Shown here: positions 55,160 to 64,000 of the stretch, piece after piece | Position numbering within the stretch: position 1 is the stretch's first letter | How the letters are laid out: the number at the start of each line of letters is the position of its first letter | Virus record (IMG/VR): IMGVR_UViG_3300035698_008372 | Coordinates: 76,004 to 140,003 of that record | DNA: 64,000 nucleotides | Direction: 5' to 3' (one strand) | DNA from: a virus | Program-made: the position numbers and the translations under genes | Notes under the pieces: model-generated | Seen by the model: the letters and a program-made list of their open reading frames with translations, nothing else | Databases searched by the model: none | Told to the model about the DNA's origin: nothing

Positions 55160-55771
55160 ATGACTAATGGAATAAATCCTTACGGAAATAAGCGAATCCC
55201 TAAAGAGGATGTAGTAGCGGCAATTGCGGCTACTTTGTCTATGCGCCAAGCTGGGCAACATTTGGGTGTATCGTACAAGACATTTCAGAAATATGCGATG
55301 GAATATGGAGTCTGGAAACCACTGGGATCGCCAGCTGGGATACCTCGACCAAATAGGAAAGTGACATATTGGACTGGATGGAAAAGACTGGGTCAGGAAC
55401 AACATCTGAGACTACAGGATAAATTGGTTACGGCTGGCAAATTGATACGAGTATGTAACAAATGCGGGTATGGTAAATATAGAAAATGGGATACTCAGCA
55501 TCCGCTGGTACTTACCTTTAAGGATATGGATGAGAAGAATTTGGATATGGACAATATTGAACTATTGTGTTATAACTGTTATTTCATAACCTATGAAAAG
55601 GGTCAATTCAAAAATAGAAAACCTTTGGGCGACGATAGGAAGCCTGAAACTATAGCGGAAGAACAAGCACAATCCATTATAGATAACGCAGAGGACACCG
55701 AGGAAATCACAGGTGACGATCTAATGGGTGAGCTAGGGGCCAGTATGGCGGAACTATTTAAGAAAACTTAA
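55160..55771 (+). CDS. HTH + degenerate HNH/Zn-finger protein
   Basis: SMRQAGQHLGVSYKTFQKYA; CNKC...NIELLCYNCY, with no HNH histidines. Confidence 0.65.
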   Translation: MTNGINPYGNKRIPKEDVVAAIAATLSMRQAGQHLGVSYKTFQKYAMEYGVWKPLGSPAGIPRPNRKVTYWTGWKRLGQEQHLRLQDKLVTAGKLIRVCNKCGYGKYRKWDTQHPLVLTFKDMDEKNLDMDNIELLCYNCYFITYEKGQFKNRKPLGDDRKPETIAEEQAQSIIDNAEDTEEITGDDLMGELGASMAELFKKT

Positions 55772-55780
55772 AGAAAACGC

Positions 55781-55809
55781 TTGACTTTATGGTTTTTATC
55801 TTGTATCTT
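55781..55809 (+). promoter_or_regulatory. Early sigma70-like promoter
   Basis: TTGACT-17-TATCTT. Confidence 0.85.
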
Positions 55810-56494
55810 GTGGTACGAAAAGAAAAGGAAAAAATGAAATCATTTAAATTTTCACTAAGAATCAAAGGATGTGATGTAATTTTCAAAGAGGGCATGGAAC
55901 CTGGTGAGATATCTTCACAGGTTTTGGATTTCCATACAGTGAATGAAATTACTCGGACTGGGTGAAATCCCAGAGTTTGACGACGGCGGATACGGTCCGG
56001 ATATATTTGTCAAATTGGTAGAAGATACAAATACGGTGGTATTGGATGAGTTTAGAATCACTCAAGTTTAAGATAACAAATATAGAAGAATGCAGAGATA
56101 TCCAGAGTATCCTATTTAAAATGGGGTACGAATGGGCATCGGGTGGCAAGACGGTTCAATATTGTACCAGTGCCCGCGCACTATTTGCCAATGAATCTGC
56201 ATGGGGTGGAGCCATAACATACGGGGCACAAGTCGACGATGATTCATTTCATGAATATGGCGGTAGGGAATGTGTTCTGAGAAGTGGTCATTTATACGAT
56301 AGGGGTTCAGGTTTCCGTGTATCTGGTGATGATATGATGATTGATGAGAGTAAGAGATACTGGAAGAATCAGTATTTCAGGTTGACTGGCAAGGAAGTAT
56401 CTAATAACAAGGAAATGAATTATACCATAGATTATGTGGATTATTTGGAATCCCAACTAAACGAATTTAATGACGCATTGGAACAGGAAGAATA

Positions 56495-59400
56495 ATGAAA
56501 TTGGAACAGAACAAATTGTATAAGGTTGTCTCCGATTGGGATGGTATGTGTGAATATTGCACTTATCACGGGTCATATTGGTGGGACACCGAGGATGATA
56601 CAAAAGTGAACGATGTTACTGATGTTTGGGATGAAACCAATGAAACATGGATTGACATTGAAAGGTGTTGGGATTAGATATGATTAGGATGAAAATTCAT
56701 GTACATGATCCAATCCATTCTGAGAATGTTCAGGATGCTCTATTCAAACTGGGGTATTCATGGTCCATTCATGGGGATCAATTTATGTACACCGATAGAG
56801 AATATCTATTTGGTACGGAGAATGGCGATATCCTACAAAGTAGGGCTCCATACGATTTTGACGATGATGGTAGTGTTGAATATATACTATTTAAGGGTAA
56901 GCTGATTGAAAAGGGTATGGTTGAACAACGCTCGAAATGGGAAATTGAATTCAAAGGGGGAACCAACTTGAATGCCCGCAATAATCTATTGGAATATTCA
57001 GCGTGGTTAGAGGCAAAATTGGATGAATTCGAGGTAATTGATGACAATAGGGATTCGTAGGCTTATGGTAGACCAGAAACGGCATCCACTAAAATGGCAT
57101 TCATATAAAACGGAATCGAATTTGTTAATACCGCATCGTGATTATATTGTGGAATATGTTGATATGGATAAGATGGCTGAAATACAAGGTTATATGTGTT
57201 CGTCTGAATGGGCTGTGTGGTATGGGTCGTATTTCTATTCAACCTACAATGAATCCAGATTAGATAATATAATACGATTCAGGGAATCGTCGGGAACCAA
57301 CTAAATAAAGGAAAAAATAAATGAATGACAATGAACGATTATATGGTGTAGACGTGAGAGAGTGGTTAGAACGATGGGATGCTGGGACAAATGTTTGGAG
57401 CGTTGAATTGGGTGGCCAAGGCCTCGGATATGAACAAGCCATTCAAATCACTGTCGCGGAGTTGTTACGAATCATGCTCGATACCAACAGGGATTCTTCA
57501 AAGTGGGCTGAGAAAGACAGTGGATCGTGGAAAAAGGATAGACCCGAAATAGAGGTTCTCGCGTTGGATAATGATGTAATAAAGAATTTGGGGTCATCGG
57601 GTGCTCAGTTTGGTGCGGCAATGGGGATGGCGGCCAGATTACATATATATGGTCCCACAAAACTATTTGTTGAAGCTGACAATGATAGGTTAATCCAAGT
57701 CAATAGGGAATGGCCACAATCGGTCGGTCCCCTATCAAGTATATTGGATGATGACAATTAATGAGAAAAATACGAAATAAAATATGGTATGAATATCCAA
57801 AGGATAATCACATGCTGGAATCACAAAAACTGTACCATACGATGGACAGTACCCACTCACCATTGAGCATCCCATTGCAATGGTGTGGTTCCTACTGGTA
57901 TTGTGGGCAACTTGATGAGAAGATAACGGGCGTTGATTCGTTCAGGGAGATAGAATAATGATGGAAAATGGAAAACCAATATGGTATGATCCCAAAGAGG
58001 TCGAACCACAGAAACTTACAGAATATACAATATTTAATGGAGCGGGGTATGGCAAGGCCACATATTATGGCTCATACTGGCAATATTCAAACTCAGACCC
58101 ATCAACTGATGGTACAAGAGTGCCGAGGGTTGATGAATATACAGAAGCGTCGATATTCGATCAGATAATGGATATCTTCACCGAGCTTGATAATCGCTCG
58201 GCTAAGGCGGACACAATAGATTTAGGAAAATAAACCCACTGGTCTGTTCATTTATCAAATAGTAGTATTTACTAGAGGGTCAGATGCTTTAGTGGCACAG
58301 GGGCAGGCCGAAAGACTGGGTTACATAAAGATATGCTCATATATAACTAAAGTGGAGTATCGTCGAGGAATAAACTAGACAATAAGGTCAGTCCGATGTA
58401 ACCCGAAGAATTAAGGATAAGACAATGGAAAACCCGTGGATGATCGTAAAAGGGAATGAATGGATGCTTGGAATGCATGCTGATTATATGGTAATAACAC
58501 CAGATTCAATGGTAGTTGAACAAGCTACTTATTATGGCAGTTATTGGTTAAGGGATACTAAGAGATTGGATAATGTGATTGAATTTGCTCTAATGGATGA
58601 TTATGGGCAATACGAATTAATGTACGATACCCAACCAATGCCACACGATTGGTATGGTGAAATATAAATGGAAACTAGATGGCTTAGCCCAAATGAAATA
58701 GAACCAACCCTATTGGAAACGTATGCAATTCAATTTACAGACGTATCTGGATTGGTTTTGATATACAGCCCAGTAACCTATCATGGGTCATATTGGATGC
58801 AGGGTACTGAGAGAATAGATCATCATCGAGTAACCAGTTATAGAGACATTGGGGGCTTTCAGGGAAATATGGTATTTGGCATCCTACCTTCCAAAACGGG
58901 AAATCCGTTCAAATCGCGTCATGGCCGCTATGAGAACAAGCGCCGCTAATATGACTATATATTACATATTATTTGGGATAGCGATATTGAAGGTATTATT
59001 CGATATGCACGAAAAACGCGGATTTGAAGATTGGTGGAAATTTTGGGAATAATTTGGACGGACCCCCATAAGGTAGAACCCCAGTTATACACTACAACGC
59101 ACATACTTGTTGAAGGTGAATCTGGGCAGAAATATGAAATGTTGGGATACTGGAATGGATCGCGATGGGATGACCCATCGACTCAGAACTATCTCGATGA
59201 CTTATTCAAAGTGGTGGGCTGGTGCCACCCGCATGACTACGAACGCAGGAAATCGGATATACCATACAAGCCATATTCAGTAAAGTATGATCCGGATATG
59301 GGAAGAAAAAGGAAGATTGGAATATAAAATGAAATACTATATATTTGTTGGTGAACATAGTTGTACACTATCAGAAGATGAGAATCCGCCACAATACCTG

Positions 59401-61423
59401 ATACATAAGGAAGAACACGCAAAGACAATAGAGGCTAGAGATTGGGATGATGCCAATATTCAATATCATGAGTTTATGGGTTGGGAACCTTACGTGGTGC
59501 CAGATAAATGGCCCGAGGATGATGAATGTTAAATTGGATAGACCCAAAAGCGATAGAACCCAATATGAATTCAGAATATGAAATTAATATTAGGTATAGA
59601 AATGATCCTAATAGTGATTGGGGGGTTATGGGTAGAGGGACATATCATGGTAGTTACTGGTATGTGGGTGGTGATAGACTTGCCCATGAATATGAAGTGG
59701 TTGGGTATAAATTGCCTGAGCCTGCAATATCTGGTTGGAACATAGATTGGGCAAATAATGGATAAAGAATGGCTCGATCCAATTAAGGTAAAACCCGCAA
59801 AGCATAAGCTATATAGGGTACAATGCTTACACATGTATTATGGGGGAGTATTCCTAAGCACGGCCGCAATGTACGATGGACACTGGATCAATGGTAAAAC
59901 TCAAACAAGGTACGTCGGCTTTAAAGTGGTGGGGTATAAGGGATTACATGATAAATAGAGAATTAATAATGCACAAGGAATATACCGTATCCTGCAAGGA
60001 TGTGGTCACTGACTATTTCCCAGCCAACTATTATGGGACATATTGGGTACACGCTCAGACTGATGAAATAATAAGAAGCGTCCAATGGGTGTTCTATCAC
60101 GATGAAGACGGTGGTGGGTGGCATAAATGGTCAGAATTCAAAAAGAATTCGGGAGCTTAATAATAAAATGAATGATAATTGGATAGACCCAAATGAGATA
60201 GAACCTAATATGCTGCAAACTTATATAGTGAAATTGACAGCACCTAATACATTCAGATATAGATCACTAGCAAGGTATCATGGAAATTATTGGTATGATA
60301 CACTGTATAAACATAGGCTAACACATATAGTAACAGGGTATAAGTATATAACTGAAAGTAAAGCTCGATGGTATGAGGACGATCCACTATATAGGGACGT
60401 GGAAGCTAAATAATGAAATCCGAATTGATACTGCATGAGGGGTATATGGTGCGCACTAAGGAAAGTAAGAAATGGTCATGGGTTATATATCATGGTACAT
60501 ACTTCTGGGATGAGGGTAAAAATAAACGACTTGAAAACCCAACTGAATGGTGGTGCCATAATGAAGGAAGATGGATAAAATGGAATTAACTCTTCATAAA
60601 GAATACTATGGTAGATCAAAAACTGAATGGTGGGGTTGGTATATATATCATGGTACATACTGGCAAGCCAAACATGACGGTGTTCTAGTGCATGATATGG
60701 AACTGGTATATTTAGGCTATAGACTATATGAATGGAATGGGACAGAATGGGCCCATCTATTAACTAGTACTGAAAAAGAATTTGGAAGCTTAATAATAAA
60801 ATGAATAGTACATATATAGTAACAAATAACTGGATTGATCCAAATAAAATAGAGCCAGAGCAAAATGTAATCTATTATGTAAGGGTACTACTAGATGAAG
60901 TTGACTCAGATTATCTAATGAATACTAGAGGAATGTATCATGGGACATACTGGTCAAGTGTAAGTAGAGGCAGGCCATTTCCATCAAACTGTAAAGTAAC
61001 AGGATATAAAACTACGGAACCCAAAGCATGATTCAACCCAAGCACATACTACTAAAGCAAAAAGAATTCGGAAGCTTAATAATAAAATGCGATATATTGA
61101 TCCACTTCAGATAGAACCTACACTGCATAAGAGATATGACATACTATGCCTATTTGCAAAAGACTGGGAAATATCAGGTACAGCAACCTATTATGGCAAC
61201 TACTGGTTAAATGATGATAATGATAAACTGCAAGTAAAAGTAATAGGGTATAAGGACATATAAATGGAAAACTTCAGATCACCCCAAGAGCAACAGCCTA
61301 TACAATTACAACTGTACGAACTGTTCGTAAAAGATACCAAAAGGACTATACTACAGGCTATTGGCACGGTACTTACTGGTCAGATTATCATAGTGGCAGA
61401 CCATTTAAAAGCTATGTAGTATA
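56495..61423 (+). other. Paralog family B: about 16 small ORFs sharing W.dP.kieP...Y and (T)Y(H/Y)G(S/T)YW motifs
   Basis: 56495, 57047, 57761, 57958, 58425, 58668, 59031, 59526, 59758, 59951, 60168, 60413, 60571, 60801, 61087, 61264. Confidence 0.85.
60140..61089 (+). repeat. 31-bp repeat AAAAAGAATTYGGRAGCTTAATAATAAAATG, 3 copies (60140, 60773, 61059)
   Basis: Direct reading; each copy ends in the ATG of a family B ORF. Confidence 0.85.
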
Positions 61424-61460
61424 GGTATAATGGGGGATTAACACATACAGGTAGCCGCCA

Positions 61461-61760
61461 GTGGGTAAAAGTGGGGGATAGTGGGTAAAAGTGGGAGGTT
61501 TCTAGGGGGTTTTTTAAAAGCATGGGGGATATAACGCGCAAAGAAAATTTTTCTGGCCAAACTGGGCCGGTCCACAAATATAAAACTCGCTATAATTAAA
61601 ACTATACTACATAAAACTCCCAAAAGAGTACATAAAACTCCCCAAATGAGGTAATCAATGGCAATAGACTTCGACTTAATACTTAAAACTCTAAAACTCA
61701 CAGCGAATAAAGAGGATTGGGACACTAGAATGGAACAGCTTTTGATAAAACTCAAACATA
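61461..61760. repeat. Non-coding G-rich repeats followed by clustered TAAAACTC repeats
   Basis: GTGGGTAAAAGTGGG x2; six TAAAACTC in about 180 bp. Confidence 0.75.
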
Positions 61761-61938
61761 TAACTCTAGTCGTCGAAGCATGTGAGTATGCTGCCCGAGC
61801 GCCCTGTGACTATGATAATTAACTCAGGCCGCTCTAATTGCAACTTCGTGGGACAGGAATAGTCACTAATAGCCGCCAAAATAAATGCATTTCTAGCAGA
61901 TTAATGCAAAAATAAATGCATTTCGCCGCAGAAAACGC

Positions 61939-61967
61939 TTGACTTTGTCATTATTATCTTGTATCTT
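61939..61967 (+). promoter_or_regulatory. Early sigma70-like promoter
   Basis: TTGACT-17-TATCTT. Confidence 0.85.
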
Positions 61968-62322
61968 GTAGTATGAAAGAGATTAGACGAAGGGCACGTG
62001 ATATCAAAAGCCGCGATGCTGCAGCATCGGCTGTATAGCTATACAGAAATCAGTGGTTCTCGTATTACTTGGGATGGTACATGGGCAGAATGGTTTTTTA
62101 ATAACATAGAAGAGGTTAGTGGTAACGCATAAGATAGATTTGGCTGACGCATTGAGCACCGCAGTGGTGACTATTGCAAGCCTGTCAGCGACTGATTACA
62201 CCAAAAGATTGGATTATTTGGTGGGCCCTCGTGAATATGTAGTATATAGGGACAATATCATAGGCCTATGATATGCTAGAAGCAATTGATTTATACAACG
62301 GAATAAACTTAAGGATACACAA

Positions 62323-62611
62323 ATGAGAATAGCGGCAGACTGGGAAACCCTAAGAGTATATGGTGGCGAGCATCATGGCAGGGTATATGACAATGCTTAT
62401 ACAAATAATGGATTTGCCTATGTGGATAATGGTGATGTATTCTGTACAGGACTATGGATGGAGTTACCCAATGACTAGGAACAGTATTAATTTTATCGGT
62501 GGCGCTCTTGGCTTGATCAAGCTAATAGCATTTGTATATGGCTGTTTTCTATGGGGCTGGCCATTCGTTATAGTAGGGTTATTGTTAGCATTGACAGTAG
62601 AACGCGCTTAA
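62323..62611 (+). CDS. Two-gene cassette copy 1 (62323-62478; membrane peptide 62471-62611)
   Basis: Paralogous to 63026-63332. Confidence 0.7.
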
Positions 62612-62692
62612 ACAATTGACGTAGTCAGAGGGCGGCCTTTTTTATGTCCAATAATACGCCGCAATATGATGCTGCTACAGGAACTGTCGCGG

Positions 62693-62798
62693 ACTGCATC
62701 ACTCTAGCTGTTGCGGCTTAGATGATCTGGATAGTGCTAGAGCTCTCCCTTGAGCTGATTGGTGTAAGCGATTATGATTCAGACAGTTGTGGCAATAG
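62693..62798. repeat. 106-bp conserved non-coding element, copy 1
   Basis: Near-identical to 63442-63547. Confidence 0.85.
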
Positions 62799-62833
62799 CC
62801 GCCAAAATACTTGCAAAATCCAGCAGAAAACGC

Positions 62834-62862
62834 TTGACTTTGTCATAAATATCTTGTATCTT
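62834..62862 (+). promoter_or_regulatory. Early sigma70-like promoter
   Basis: TTGACT-17-TATCTT. Confidence 0.85.
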
Positions 62863-63025
62863 GTAGTATGGAAAAGGAAAAGACTATGAAAATATTGGGA
62901 AAGCCCGCAAAGGGTACGTGGAAACGCGTTGAGTTAGTACATGATGAGGTGATCGTTATAGACGAATTGTCCAGAATGACTGTGGCACAAATGAATCAAG
63001 CATTAAAAATGGTGGAAACTGAGTA

Positions 63026-63332
63026 ATGAGAATAGTAATAGCGGCAGACTGGAGTTCATTGAAGAACTATGGTGGTGAGGCATACGCAGACAAGCATCAC
63101 GGGCAGGTATATGAGGCCAGTATAGGTGATGACAACTATGCATATATAGAGGGGGCTAAGTTCCACTTGGCTCTGTACATGAGGTTCCCCAATGACTAAT
63201 AACATATTTAAATATATCGGCGGAGTGCTTGGATTGGTCAAGCTGGGCGCATATGTATATGGCTGTATAACATGGGGTTGGTCCTTTGTTATAGTAGGAG
63301 CATTACTAGCATTGACATTAGAACATAGCTAA
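63026..63332 (+). CDS. Two-gene cassette copy 2 (63026-63199; membrane peptide 63192-63332)
   Basis: IAADW..L..YGGE...HG.VY and IGG.LGL.KL.A.VYGC..WGW.FVIVG.LLALT.E shared with copy 1. Confidence 0.7.
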
Positions 63333-63357
63333 GCTAAAATAAAACTCTTCAGTTTTA

Positions 63358-63382
63358 AAGCTCACTTCGGTGGGCTTTTTTT
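63358..63382 (+). terminator. Rho-independent terminator
   Basis: AGCTCAC-TTCG-GTGGGCT followed by a T run. Confidence 0.8.
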
Positions 63383-63441
63383 ATGTCCCGGAATATAGTT
63401 CCCCCAAGTATGTAATATATATGTTACAGCCTATATGTCAT

Positions 63442-63547
63442 ACTGCATCACTTGAGCTGTTGCGGCTTAGATGATCTGGATAGTGCTAGAGCCAATGCTA
63501 TAGCTGAATGATGTAAGCGATTATGATTCAGACAGTTGTGGCGATAG
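63442..63547. repeat. 106-bp conserved non-coding element, copy 2
   Basis: Near-identical to 62693-62798. Confidence 0.85.
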
Positions 63548-64000
63548 TCCCGATAACAAAGATTATGGGAAGCATGGCAGCTAAATGCTGTAAGCTACTG
63601 TGTGATAGGGAGTTACAGGACTCACCCGAAAAGCGTGGGTCGACTCTATAATAATCAGCTCAAGCACCATCTATTTGGACATCCCACGAGCGACCCCGGC
63701 TATGCGTTGACGCCAATTGAGCTCAGCATGGGGGAACTATGTTCCGGGGGTAATGAAAGGGCTCCTCAACAGGTCGTAATGTGTACAACACATCAAAACG
63801 ATCAGCTGCGTGTAATTCATAGTCATGTGTACTCATTGTATTTAATAACTGCATGACATTGGACATCATTTCAGCATGATACTTCTCAGCTATATAAAAC
63901 TCTATAACAGTTTGGCCTTCGCATCCAAAGTAACCAGTTGTCATAGTAGCTATATATCCAAGAGTTTTATGTAATATAGCATGGCGGCGATTGGCCATAT

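Larger units (their letters stand above)
42880..55167 (+). other. Dispersed paralog family A: about 18 small ORFs with variable N-termini (often KxGDxV, SH3/KOW-like) and a shared C-terminal coiled coil + G/IxCExE tail
   Basis: e.g. 42880, 43700, 44183, 44825, 45195, 45400, 45674, 46856, 47163, 50769, 53729, 53928, 54184, 54413. Confidence 0.8.

Noticed and set aside
60140-61089. Cloning artefact (EcoRI/HindIII-like sites in the 31-bp repeat) or a CRISPR mini-array
   Set aside because: The sites are degenerate between copies, and the spacers are 250-600-bp coding genes.
62693-62798. 106-bp element as a trans guide for the polB 7-nt insert (shares TAGTGC and GATTCA)
   Set aside because: These are only separated 6-mer matches, which are expected by chance.
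148-63998. Minus-strand ORFs in the track (e.g. 148-1104, 2107-2598, 21290-21718)
   Set aside because: They are shadows of + strand genes with no recognisable motifs. 63723-63998 could be real but cannot be supported.

Overview
This window is a 64-kb piece of a large, AT-rich, T4-like dsDNA phage, with essentially all genes on the + strand. All product calls are by-eye motif recognition; no searches were run. (1) 1-18 kb is a replication and nucleotide module: DnaB/gp41-like helicase, class II RNR (NrdJ), dUTPase, three tandem atypical tRNA-Gly genes, a DUF4338 protein, PolB, sliding clamp, clamp loader, three tandem Mom-like DNA-modifying GNAT paralogs, ClpP-like protease and a PD-(D/E)XK nuclease. 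NrdJ is fractured into three ORFs by two split inteins, with a free-standing endonuclease and a 173-nt group I intron. PolB is fractured by an endonuclease and carries a 7-nt insertion inside its YIDTDS motif. (2) 18.5-36.7 kb is a large glycosyltransferase and nucleotide-sugar island, followed by ThyX and a NADAR protein. (3) 39-64 kb is an early region driven by seven copies of a sigma70-like promoter. It is packed with two expanded small-protein paralog families and ends in repeats and duplicated cassettes. The most notable observations are: a candidate glycyl-tRNA-fed DNA hypermodification system (non-canonical tRNA-Gly trio + DUF4338 + 3 Mom paralogs); 19 in-frame TGA codons, several at Trp-expected positions, in 11 accessory or endonuclease genes but none in the core replication genes; and a split PolB joined by an apparently non-splicing intein remnant.
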